Assembly (NCBI GenBank): GCA_044230345.1
Contig: JBGARF010000013.1
Location: 90,370-154,369, forward strand
DNA length: 64,000 nt
Source of the DNA: Limisphaerales bacterium
GTDB lineage: Bacteria > Verrucomicrobiota > Verrucomicrobiia > Limisphaerales > JADJPG01
Direction: 5' to 3'
The position numbers and the translations under genes are program-made. How positions within the stretch are numbered: the stretch's first letter is position 1; every line of letters starts with the position of its first letter. This document shows positions 1-8,764 of this stretch, one piece after another. A model generated the notes under the pieces. That model saw only the letters and a list, made by a program, of their open reading frames with translations, was not told the origin of the DNA and ran no database searches.

Positions 1-2379
1 CAGATGGAGGACGGAATGCAGCTGAAGTTGGGTGAAATAGCGGCGGCGATAGGTCATGAGGCTGTCGGCGATCTCGAGCAAAGCCTCGAGCATGAGCGGT
101 CCGCGGGCGTCCACGGTGAGGGCGGCCCGGACCAGGCGGGCGGCTCCGCCGGCGCGCTCAAGGCGTCGTCCGAATTCCAGGAAGCGCCAGCCGTGTCCGC
201 GGGTCATGTTTTCGTTGGCGAGGCCGCTGAATGCCGCGAGGTCGGTGATCAGCGTGTTGAGCAGGGTGAGGGCATCGGCGACCGGGAGACGGCGGGGGCG
301 CACCCGGCTGTGGTGGTGCAGTTCGGTGAAGATGCGCCAGGTGTCGGCGGAGAAGCGGTCGCGCACGGTGGCGGCGATGTGGCGGATGCGATTGACGAGG
401 CTGCGCACGCCTTGGTCGCGATTGCTTTTGTAAACCAGGGCGAGGAGTTCGCGTTCGGCCTCGAGGACGGTGGGGAGGATGGGAACGGCGGGCGCGGCGG
501 GCGCGGTGGCTGCTGCGGCCGCGGTGGCAACGGGAGCGGCAATGGCGGGGGCTGGGTCCGCGGCGGCGACGGGGCGGGGTGGGGTGGTGGGGGCGGCCTT
601 GACCGCGCCGGGTTTGGGTGATTTGACCGGGAGCAGTTCCAATCGGACCAGCAAGGGCACGATGGTGAGGCGTTCGGGGCCGGTCTCGCCGCCGGCTTCG
701 CCGGACAGGTGGCGCAGCGCGCAGCGCAGGATGCGCAGGAGACCTTCCAGGCGTTCGGTGTAGCGGCCGAGCCAGAACAGATCGTCGGCGACGCGGCTGG
801 GCACTTCGGCGGCGGCGCGTTCCACGCGCACCTCGTGGGTGGGCGGCTTGAGCAGGGTGACCAGCTTGACGGGACCTTCGGAGAGCACCCAGGTGTCCTT
901 GCTGCCGCCGCCGCTCTGCATGGAAACCACCGGATCCTCGGGCGACATCGAGACGCGGGTGAGGCCCCCGGGCATGACGGCATAGCCACCGGGCGTGGCG
1001 GCGACGTAGGCGCGGACCACAAGGGGCCGGGGTGTCATGCGGCCGTCGGACCAGACGGGAGCCATGGAAAGCGCGACCTGTTCCTGGCCGACGAAGAGGT
1101 GGGGGGCGGCCTTGATCTCGGCGATCAGGCTGGCCTTGCGTCGTTCGCCTAACAATTCGCCGAACACGGGTTCGCCGAGCGTGGGGGCGAAGGCGCGTTT
1201 GACGACGATTTCGTCGAGGTGAGTGGCGACGTAGCTGAGTTCGCGGCGTTGTCCGCACCACCAGGTGGCGACCGAAGGCATGAGCAGGTCCTGGCCGAGG
1301 AGGTGACGGCAGAGGCTGGGGAGGAACGCCATGAGGGCGGGGGTCTCCACGAGGCCGGAGCCGAGGGCGTTGGCGACCGTGACCGTGCCGGCGCGGACCG
1401 CCTCGATCAGGCCGGGCACGCCGAGGTAGGAGTCGGCGCGCAGTTCGAGCGGATCGCAGAACGTGTCGTCGACGCGGCGGAGGATGACGTCGACTGGCTG
1501 GAGGCCTTCGAGCGTTTTGATGAACACCTGGCGATCGCGCACGGTGAGATCGCGGCCTTCGACGAGGGCGAAGCCGAGGTAGCGGGCGAGGTAGGCGTGT
1601 TCGAAATACGTTTCGTTGTAGGGGCCGGGCGTGAGCAGGACGATGTTGGGATTGTCGCGCCGGCGGGGGGCCATGGCCCGGAGCATGTCGCGGCGGAGCT
1701 GAAAAAACGAAGCAAGGCGCTGGACCCGGGCGGACTCGAATTCGTCGGGGAGGATGCGCGACAGGACGATGCGATTCTCGAGGGCATAACCGGCGCCGGA
1801 GGGCGCCTGCGTGCGATCGGCGAGCACCCACCAACGCCCGTCGGGCGCGCGGGCCAGATCGACGGCGTGCAGGAAGAGGTGGACGTGGTCGGGCACCTTG
1901 AGTCCGTGGCACGGCCGGAGGAAGGCGGGATTGGAGAAAACCAGGGCTGGGGGCAGGATTCGTTCGCGGATCAGGTGCTGGGAGCCGTAGAGATCCACCA
2001 GGATTCGGTTCAGCAACGTGGCGCGCTGGATGAGGGCAGCTTCGATGGCGCGCCATTCCTGAGGCGGGATGACCAGCGGGACCATGTCGAGCTGCCAGGG
2101 GCGATCGAGTCCCTGGGAATCGGAGTAAACGTTGTACGTGACGCCGTGATCGTGAATCATGCGGCGCGCTTCCTCCCAGCGCGCCCGCAGTTCGTCCGGC
2201 CCCATGCGTTCGAATGAAACCAGGAGGTCCCGCCAATGGGGTCGTGCCTCGGCGCCGGGAGGGCCTGACTCGTTGAAGACCCCTTCCGGACAGCGGTATT
2301 GGCCGAACAAAGTTGGCGGCGGGGCGGGCGGCATGAGGGCCGCGCGCCGCCGTAACTCGGTGTCGGAAAGTTGGCTCAT
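1..2379 (-). CDS. Circularly permuted ATP-grasp (type 1) :: alpha-E fusion protein, partial (C-terminus beyond left edge)
   Basis: Absent from the ORF track because it has no stop in the window. My translation of the minus strand from ATG 2379-2377 stays open for 793 codons to position 1. It reads MSQLSDTELRRRAALMPP...RPHWRDLLVSFERMGPDELRARWEEARRMIHDHGVTYNVYSDSQGLDRPWQLDMVPLVIPPQEWRAIEAALIQRATLLNRILVDLYG, then ...SGGGSKDTWVL..., then VPSRVADDLFWLGRYTERLEGLLR (alpha-E 'ER' helix). Track ORFs 158..2236 and 249..1022 are Arg/Pro-rich alternative frames of this gene. Confidence 0.88.
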   Translation of the reverse strand, partial: MSQLSDTELRRRAALMPPAPPPTLFGQYRCPEGVFNESGPPGAEARPHWRDLLVSFERMGPDELRARWEEARRMIHDHGVTYNVYSDSQGLDRPWQLDMVPLVIPPQEWRAIEAALIQRATLLNRILVDLYGSQHLIRERILPPALVFSNPAFLRPCHGLKVPDHVHLFLHAVDLARAPDGRWWVLADRTQAPSGAGYALENRIVLSRILPDEFESARVQRLASFFQLRRDMLRAMAPRRRDNPNIVLLTPGPYNETYFEHAYLARYLGFALVEGRDLTVRDRQVFIKTLEGLQPVDVILRRVDDTFCDPLELRADSYLGVPGLIEAVRAGTVTVANALGSGLVETPALMAFLPSLCRHLLGQDLLMPSVATWWCGQRRELSYVATHLDEIVVKRAFAPTLGEPVFGELLGERRKASLIAEIKAAPHLFVGQEQVALSMAPVWSDGRMTPRPLVVRAYVAATPGGYAVMPGGLTRVSMSPEDPVVSMQSGGGSKDTWVLSEGPVKLVTLLKPPTHEVRVERAAAEVPSRVADDLFWLGRYTERLEGLLRILRCALRHLSGEAGGETGPERLTIVPLLVRLELLPVKSPKPGAVKAAPTTPPRPVAAADPAPAIAAPVATAAAAATAPAAPAVPILPTVLEAERELLALVYKSNRDQGVRSLVNRIRHIAATVRDRFSADTWRIFTELHHHSRVRPRRLPVADALTLLNTLITDLAAFSGLANENMTRGHGWRFLEFGRRLERAGGAARLVRAALTVDARGPLMLEALLEIADSLMTYRRRYFTQLQLHSVLHL

Positions 2380-2464
2380 GAAAACGCGGGGCGAGTTAAA
2401 CACCGGACCCGACGTCGGGCAAGATGCGCGGCGGCATCCGTGATCCCCGCGTGAGAGTATTAAT

Positions 2465-2620
2465 ACCGCAGCGAATGCCGCACCGACACGCGGATACCCG
2501 CAGATAAAACCGGCGATTTTGTGGTGGACGACGATTCAACCCGTTGTCGACAGGCTGTCGATAATCCGCGTCGTAGGCGGAGCTCAAAATGTCTGCGTCC
2601 ATCTGAGTTAATCTGCGGTT
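2465..2620. repeat. Degenerate palindromic REP-like element (same family as 32170-32399)
   Basis: The right arm tgtctgcgtccatctgagttaatctgcggtt resembles tcatctgcgttaatctgcgtgcatctgcggtt of the 32.3-kb copies. The left end accgcag... is complementary to ...ctgcggt. It lies in the 308-nt spacer between two co-directional genes. Confidence 0.35.
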
Positions 2621-2687
2621 TTGAAATCCGGCCGACCTGGTTACGCGTGGTTGTGGGCGGCCGGTGTTCGTTGGCTGGCCGGACGCA

Positions 2688-5600
2688 TCAAGGGCGTTCG
2701 AGCTGGCTGCGGCGCAAGTCGAGCGTGAAGGGAAACTCGGGATCGGGCGCCAGGTAGCGCGGCGCGGTGGAGCCCGGCGTGTGTCCGAAGCGGAAGAATC
2801 GGGAAAGCCGCCGGCTTTCCGCCTCGTAGGCGTTGACAGGGAATGTCGTGTAGCTGCGTCCACCTGGATGCATGACATGGTAACTGCAGCCGCCGATGCT
2901 GCGCTGGTTCCACTGATCGATGACATCGAAGATCAGGGGCGTGTTGACGCCGAGGGTGGGGTGGAGGCAGTTGGGCGGCTGCCATGCGCGATAACGCACG
3001 CCCGCGACGAATTCACCGTTCGTGCCCGTCGGGCGCAGCGGGAGGAGAATTCCTCCGACGGCGACGGCGTGCCGGGACGGGGTGAGGCCGGCAATTTTGA
3101 CCTGAAGCCTTTCCACGGATGAATCCACATAGCGAACCGTTCCGCCGGGTCCGGGCTCTTCGCCGAGCACATGCCAGGGCTCCAGGGCCTGGCGCAGTTC
3201 GAGCTGGATGTCCTTCAACTCGAGGTCGCCGAGTGACGGAAAGCGAAACTCAAGGTGAGGCGCGAACCAGTCGGGCTGGAGCGCGTAGCCGCTCCGGTTG
3301 CATTCCTCGATCACCTCGACAAAATCGTTCCAGATGAAATGCGGCAGCATCCAGCGGTCATGGATGTCGGTGCCCCAGCGGACAAGCTTTTGGGCATAGG
3401 GCTCCTTCCAGAAACGGGCAATGAGCGTGCGCAACAACAGCTGCTGAGCAAGGCTCATCTCGGCGTGCGGCGGCATCTCGAACGCCCGCATCTCCAGCAG
3501 GCCCAGCCGCCCGGCGGCGCCATCGGGAGAGTAGAGCTTGTCGATGCAGAACTCCGCCCGGTGGGTGTTCCCGGTTGAATCGATCAGGAGATTGCGAAAC
3601 AGCCGATCGACGAGCCACGGCGGGCATGGGGCCGAACCAGGAAGTTGCCGGAAGGCGAGGTCGAGCTCGTAGAGCGAATCGTTGCGGGCCTCGTCGATGC
3701 GCGGGCTCTGGCTGGTCGGTCCGAGAAACATCCCGCTGAAGAGAAAGGAGAGCGACGGATGATTCTGCCAGTAGGTGACCAGCGAGCGAAGCAGGTCGGG
3801 TCGGCGCAGAAACGGGCTGTCCTGGGGCGTGGCGCCCCCGAGCACGATGTGGTTGCCGCCGCCGGTGCCGGTGTGGCGCCCGTCGAGCATGAACTTCTCG
3901 GTGCCCAGCCGCGACAGCCGGGCGTCGGCATAGAGCCCCACCGTGCGGTGGACCATTTCGTCCCAGGACTCGGCGGGATGGATGTTCACTTCGATCACGC
4001 CGGGGTCGGGCGTAATCTTGAGCGTGTTGAGGCGCGGGTCGGAGGGCGGGGCGTAACCTTCGATCACGATCGGAGTGCCTAACAGTTCAGCCGTGTCCTC
4101 GATCGCGGCGATCAGATCGAGGTAGTGCTCGAGGGAGCGCACGGGCGGCATGAAAATGTGCAGCCGCCCGTGGCGGGGTTCCACGCAGAGCGCGGTGCGC
4201 ACCAGCCAGGAGGCAGACTCGCCGCGGCCGGGGGCGGGGCGAGACTCGGGCAGGCGTTGCTCCCGGCGCCCGCGTTCGGCGCCGGCACCGGTGCTGGTGC
4301 CGGTGCCATCAGCACTGCGCCCGAAGCCGAAGCCGCTGGCTCCGCCCCGGGATGCGAGCCAGTCGGCGGGGAAATACTTCTGGAGATCCTTTTCCGGTCG
4401 GGGCGGGAGCGGCGGGCGCGTTTCCAGCGGGTCTTGCGGATGGAGATACGGATAATCGGCCGGCGCGACCCACGGAAGCGAATCGAGCGGGAGCCGGAAG
4501 CCCAGCGGCGAATCGCCCGGGATCAGATAGCAACGTTCCGGCCGGAGAAACCACGGTCCGGAAACCCACGGGGGCAGTCCGGGTTGCTCAAATTCGGGCC
4601 GGTGCAACGGAAGGACATAGCCGACCACGCGGTCGAGACCCCGCTCGAAGATCCGGGCGAGGCGGGCGCGGTCTTCCTCGTTTTTCAGCTGAGACCGGAA
4701 CGGGTCCACGTTGGTCGGCAGGCGGCGTTCCTTCCAGAGGTAATACCACGCATCCTCGTAGGCCGGGAGAATCCATTGGCTTGCGCAACCCAGGCGATGG
4801 CTGAGCGCGAAGATGAATTCCTCCGCGTGCTTTTCGCTGGCGCCGTAGTTTTTTCGCTCGTCGGCAAACAGGGCTTCATTCTCCCAGATGGGCTGGCCGT
4901 CCTTGCGCCAGTAGGCCGCGAACGACCAGCGCGGCAGCGATTCGCCCGGGTACCATTTGCCCTGCCCGTAGTGCAGCAGCGCCCCCTCGGTGAAGCGACG
5001 CTTCAAGCGCTTCATGAGATCGTCGGCCAGCAATCGCTTGGTGGGTCCCAACGCCACCGTGTTCCATTCCGCGCCGTCCATGTCGTCGATCGAGACAAAC
5101 GTTGGCTCGCCACCCATCGTGAGGCGGCAGTCGGACTCTTCCAGATCCACATCGACCGCCTGGCCCAGTTGGCGGATCGCCGCCCATTGTTCGGGCGTGT
5201 ACGGCTTCGTCACCCTTGGCGTTTCCTTCAGGCGCGTGACCGTCATCTCGAACGAGAACTCGGTCTCGCATTCGTCGAGCGTGCCGTCGATCGGGGCAGC
5301 GCTCTGGGGATCAGGCGTGGCGGCGAGCGGGATGTGGCCTTCGCCGGCGAGCAGACCGCTGGTCGGGTCCAGGCCGATCCAGCCGGCCCCGGGCAGGTAG
5401 ACCTCGCACCAGGCGTGCAGATCGGTGAAGTCCCGCTCGGTGCCGCTCGGGCCGTCGAGGGATTTCTGATCGGGGGCCAGCTGGATCAGGTAGCCGCTGA
5501 CGAAGCGGGCGGCGAGGCCGAGGTGACGGAAGAGCTGGCACAGAAGCCAGGCGGAATCGCGGCAGGAACCGCTGGCGAGCTGCAGCGTTTCCTCCGGGTC

Positions 5601-6263
5601 CTGCACGCCGGGTTCGAGCCGGATCGTATAGCGAATGTCCCGCCAAAGCATCTGATTGATGCCGACAAGGAAATCGATCGTGCGCGGGCGCGCATCGCCT
5701 TCGGGGTCGGCATGCAGTTGATCCGCCACCGGGAGAACGCCGCCTCCGTGGTGAGGGTCCAAGGCGCCGGCCTCGGAGTGGATGGCGGGAATGGCGGGCA
5801 GGTGCGCCGGGACGGTGGTGCCGGCAGCTTTGGCCTTGTTCTGGGGCAACAGCTCGCGCCGGACCCGTCCGAGATAACGGGCGAATTCCGGAGTGGCCGG
5901 GCACCGCAACTGGAATGGGGCCAGCTCGTGATCGAGCGAGCGGTCGTACTTGAACGGAAAGCGTTCCGCCGCCGGCTCGAGGAAGAAGTCGAACGGGTTG
6001 AACACGGCCATCTCCGCCACCAGATCCACCTCGACCAGGAACTCCTTCGTGGGTTCTGGAAAGACCAGCCGCGCGAGATAGTTCGACTGCGGGTCCTGCT
6101 GCCAGTTGACGAAATGTCCGCCCGGCTGGATCCGCAGGGAGTAGCCGAGAATGCGCGTGCGGGCGTGGGGCGCCGGGCGCAGCCGGACGACCTGTGGCCC
6201 GAGGTGGATCAGGCGGTCGTAGCGGTAGTGAGTGCGATGGTGAAGGGCAACGTGAATGGACAT
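2688..6263 (-). CDS. Large transglutaminase-like protein (Bact_transglu_N + transglutaminase core + DUF2126-type C-terminal region)
   Basis: Track ORF 2688..7271 trimmed to the in-frame ATG at 6263 (MSIHVALHHRTHYRYDRLIHLGPQVVRLRPAPH, the typical family N-terminus). The catalytic Cys/His/Asp context is visible: SGSCRDSAWLL and DLHAWCEVYLPGAGWIGLDPTSG. The 336 upstream codons overlap the PFK gene in another frame. Confidence 0.9.
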   Translation of the reverse strand: MSIHVALHHRTHYRYDRLIHLGPQVVRLRPAPHARTRILGYSLRIQPGGHFVNWQQDPQSNYLARLVFPEPTKEFLVEVDLVAEMAVFNPFDFFLEPAAERFPFKYDRSLDHELAPFQLRCPATPEFARYLGRVRRELLPQNKAKAAGTTVPAHLPAIPAIHSEAGALDPHHGGGVLPVADQLHADPEGDARPRTIDFLVGINQMLWRDIRYTIRLEPGVQDPEETLQLASGSCRDSAWLLCQLFRHLGLAARFVSGYLIQLAPDQKSLDGPSGTERDFTDLHAWCEVYLPGAGWIGLDPTSGLLAGEGHIPLAATPDPQSAAPIDGTLDECETEFSFEMTVTRLKETPRVTKPYTPEQWAAIRQLGQAVDVDLEESDCRLTMGGEPTFVSIDDMDGAEWNTVALGPTKRLLADDLMKRLKRRFTEGALLHYGQGKWYPGESLPRWSFAAYWRKDGQPIWENEALFADERKNYGASEKHAEEFIFALSHRLGCASQWILPAYEDAWYYLWKERRLPTNVDPFRSQLKNEEDRARLARIFERGLDRVVGYVLPLHRPEFEQPGLPPWVSGPWFLRPERCYLIPGDSPLGFRLPLDSLPWVAPADYPYLHPQDPLETRPPLPPRPEKDLQKYFPADWLASRGGASGFGFGRSADGTGTSTGAGAERGRREQRLPESRPAPGRGESASWLVRTALCVEPRHGRLHIFMPPVRSLEHYLDLIAAIEDTAELLGTPIVIEGYAPPSDPRLNTLKITPDPGVIEVNIHPAESWDEMVHRTVGLYADARLSRLGTEKFMLDGRHTGTGGGNHIVLGGATPQDSPFLRRPDLLRSLVTYWQNHPSLSFLFSGMFLGPTSQSPRIDEARNDSLYELDLAFRQLPGSAPCPPWLVDRLFRNLLIDSTGNTHRAEFCIDKLYSPDGAAGRLGLLEMRAFEMPPHAEMSLAQQLLLRTLIARFWKEPYAQKLVRWGTDIHDRWMLPHFIWNDFVEVIEECNRSGYALQPDWFAPHLEFRFPSLGDLELKDIQLELRQALEPWHVLGEEPGPGGTVRYVDSSVERLQVKIAGLTPSRHAVAVGGILLPLRPTGTNGEFVAGVRYRAWQPPNCLHPTLGVNTPLIFDVIDQWNQRSIGGCSYHVMHPGGRSYTTFPVNAYEAESRRLSRFFRFGHTPGSTAPRYLAPDPEFPFTLDLRRSQLERP

Positions 6264-6298
6264 GAAAGATTTTGCGGCGAGGCGCGTGGTCGATGGCC

Positions 6299-7705
6299 TC
6301 AGGTCACCGGGACCGCGACCGTTTCCTCGAGGTAACGAATACGCTTGTTGACGTCCGTGTTGATCGAGTGATACGGCTGCATCAGGTTGCCCGCCGCGAA
6401 CAGTGTCTGCCGGAGGTGTTCCATGTCGTCCTCGCCGATGGCGTCGGTGAAGATGGGCAGCAGGTAGTCGATGCCGGTGCGCGACGGTTTCATCAGGCGC
6501 GTGTCGTAGAGCGACGGGTGCATCGAACGAGCGTGAATCAGGCCCCAGCGATCGCGAAAGCGGTTGGCGTCGAACCCTTCCACATGAAAGCCGCGGGTGG
6601 AGTTGTATTGGAGAACAGAGACGGCGTTGTTGCGGCCTTCGAGCAGGAGATCGACGGCTTTGGCGCCGAGTTGTGCGGCATAAAAACGGTCGAACAGGAT
6701 GGGGCGCCCGCCGCGCTGGGTATGGCCGACTTTGCGGGTGAAGATCGCCTCGCGGGCGGACTGGCTCCGCCGGTAGAGCTGGAAGTATCGATCGCCGATC
6801 ATCTGGATGAGGCGGCTGCGGAGGGCCTCGGCGGCGCCGCTGAGCACCACGTTGCCGGCCGGGTCGGTGGACTTGGTCTCGGCGCCCAGTTCGCGGCCCT
6901 GCTCGTCGACGATGCCTTCGCCGCAGACGATGACCACATTCTTTTGCAGGTCGTAGATGTGCTTCACCCGTTCGACCAGATGCTCGAGGTCGAGCGGTTG
7001 TTCGGGGACGAGCACGATGTCGGGCCGTCCGTAGGTGGAGCCGAGGGCGATGTAGCCGGAGTGCCGGCCCATCACCTCGATGATGGCGATGCGGCGGTGG
7101 CTTTCGGCGGTGGTGCGGATGCGTTCGACGCCCTGGGCGGACACGAAGACCGCGGTGGCGTAGCCTGGAGTGACGTAATTGACGATCTGATCCAGGTTGA
7201 AGACGGTGCGCGACTCGGTGCGCTTGTAACGGGAACCGCTTTTCTCCGTCGGGTCGGCGACGCGCACCCATTCGTCGGGTTCAGCGGCGTAGTTGAGGCC
7301 AAGATCGTTGTCGATCGTTTTCGGGGCGAGGACCGTGGGGAGCCGGTCGGCGAGCGGTTGAAGGCCGTTCAGCGTGCCATCGCCGCCCACGCAGATCAGT
7401 CCCTCGACCTTGAGGCGGCGGAGGCGATCGACGATCTGATCGAGCTTTTCGTGGTCGGCGGCGTCGACAAAATCCCGGGACGAGCCGATGAGCGTGCCGC
7501 CTTTGGTGGGGTCGAGTTCGGGGATCTCGTGGAAGAGCGGGTTGAGATGAACGTGCGGGACGCGCGGGTTGAAGAGGCTGTTGAAGCCCTTGATCAGGCC
7601 GAGGATTTCGACCTTGAGCTGGTTGGATCGGGTGACCGCGCCCTGGATGGTGGCATTGAGCGCCGGCGTGTCCCCGCCGGCGGTCAGAATCGCGATGCGT
7701 TTCAT
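6299..7705 (-). CDS. pfk: 6-phosphofructokinase (PfkA family; phosphoryl donor not assignable)
   Basis: MKRIAILTAGGDTPALNATIQG, ICVGGDGTLNG, APKTIDNDLG and GHTQRGGRP are canonical PFK motifs. The start is 16 nt after the alpha-E stop and the stop is 35 nt before the DUF2126 start. Confidence 0.9.
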   Translation of the reverse strand: MKRIAILTAGGDTPALNATIQGAVTRSNQLKVEILGLIKGFNSLFNPRVPHVHLNPLFHEIPELDPTKGGTLIGSSRDFVDAADHEKLDQIVDRLRRLKVEGLICVGGDGTLNGLQPLADRLPTVLAPKTIDNDLGLNYAAEPDEWVRVADPTEKSGSRYKRTESRTVFNLDQIVNYVTPGYATAVFVSAQGVERIRTTAESHRRIAIIEVMGRHSGYIALGSTYGRPDIVLVPEQPLDLEHLVERVKHIYDLQKNVVIVCGEGIVDEQGRELGAETKSTDPAGNVVLSGAAEALRSRLIQMIGDRYFQLYRRSQSAREAIFTRKVGHTQRGGRPILFDRFYAAQLGAKAVDLLLEGRNNAVSVLQYNSTRGFHVEGFDANRFRDRWGLIHARSMHPSLYDTRLMKPSRTGIDYLLPIFTDAIGEDDMEHLRQTLFAAGNLMQPYHSINTDVNKRIRYLEETVAVPVT

Positions 7706-7721
7706 GGTTGGAAAGCCGCGG

Positions 7722-8717
7722 TCAGGTGGCCTCCGCCCCGGCGCGCACCCCTTTGCGGACGTGCGGCTGCGGCGTTTTCAGCGCGAGAAACGTTTCAAAA
7801 ATCTCCGTGCCGACCTGGTTCATCCGTGTTTGCAGATCGTCCAGGTACTCGTGCAGGCCCTGCTTGAAAATGTCCTCGACGCTGGCGAAGGAAAGGTCGG
7901 AGCAGAGCTGGCCGAGGACTTTTTCCGCGCTGTTGCGATAGGTGCCGACGGGTGTGCCGGAAACCGCGTAGAGCGAGTCGCGGGCGGAAAGGAGGCAGTA
8001 TTGGATGGCGCGCGGGAACTCGCGGTCGAGCAGCATGAATTCCGCGACGCCGCGGGGCGAGATGCGCCCGTGACGCTTGCGGAACATCTCGAAGGCGCTG
8101 GCGGAGCGCAACACGGCCGCCCATTGCACGTCGTCGAACGCGGTGCCCACGTCCTCGACCGAGCGCAGCAGGATGAAGTATTTGACATCGAGAATGCGCG
8201 AGGTTTTGTCGGCGCGCTCGAGCATCCGGCCCATGTGGAGGAAGTGCCACCCTTCATTGTGCGTCATGGTGGCATCGGTGATGCCGTTGAAGAGATGGCT
8301 GGCGTTCTTGACCTCGGTGAAGAATTCGTGCGGCGACGTCAGCGCCTGCGGGTTCACGGCCGCGGAGGTGACCATGAGATAGAATTTGTTCAATTCCACC
8401 CACATGGAGGAGGAGATGATTTCACGGACCGTGCGGGCATTTTCACGGGCGGCGCGCAGGCACGACAGGATCGAGTTGGGGTTCTCGGCGTCAAACGTGA
8501 GGAAGTGCATCACGTTTTGCTGCGTGGCTTCGGGAAAGCGCTTGGCAAAGGACTCGTGGTCACCCGTCGTGTTGACCAACGGCCGCCACTGCTGATCGTC
8601 CCCCGAGGTCGAGTCGAGCATCAGTTGCAGGTTGACGTCGATGAAGCGCGCGACGTTTTCAGCGCGCTCGATGTAGCGGCACATCCAGTAAATCGAGTCG
8701 GCGACACGGCTGAGCAT
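7722..8717 (-). CDS. Alpha-E domain protein (DUF403-type)
   Basis: Track ORF 7722..9233 trimmed to ATG 8717 (MLSRVADSIYWMCRYIERAENVARFIDVNL, the conserved 'ER' helix). It sits 47 nt downstream of the ATP-grasp gene, which is the canonical partner arrangement. Confidence 0.85.
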   Translation of the reverse strand: MLSRVADSIYWMCRYIERAENVARFIDVNLQLMLDSTSGDDQQWRPLVNTTGDHESFAKRFPEATQQNVMHFLTFDAENPNSILSCLRAARENARTVREIISSSMWVELNKFYLMVTSAAVNPQALTSPHEFFTEVKNASHLFNGITDATMTHNEGWHFLHMGRMLERADKTSRILDVKYFILLRSVEDVGTAFDDVQWAAVLRSASAFEMFRKRHGRISPRGVAEFMLLDREFPRAIQYCLLSARDSLYAVSGTPVGTYRNSAEKVLGQLCSDLSFASVEDIFKQGLHEYLDDLQTRMNQVGTEIFETFLALKTPQPHVRKGVRAGAEAT

Positions 8718-8764
8718 GGCGGTGACAAACGGGGTTGGGTTCGAGCGGCCTCCGAAAACGGCGG

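Noticed and set aside
158-2236. 692-aa minus-strand ORF and the overlapping 1219..2217 (+) 332-aa ORF
   Set aside because: Their composition is extremely Arg/Pro/Gly-rich with no recognisable motifs. A different minus-strand frame over the same DNA translates into a clean ATP-grasp::alpha-E protein (1-2379), so these are alternative-frame or antisense shadows typical of high-GC DNA.
6264-7271. N-terminal 336-codon extension of track ORF 2688..7271 (1527 aa)
   Set aside because: The extension is Arg/His/Pro-rich and overlaps the well-supported PFK gene in another frame. The family-typical N-terminus MSIHVALHHRTHYRYD begins at ATG 6263.
4125-7867. Long plus-strand ORFs 4125..6335 (736 aa) and 6272..7867 (531 aa)
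   Set aside because: They are antisense to the DUF2126 and PFK genes. Their Gly/Arg/Ala-rich composition carries no motifs.
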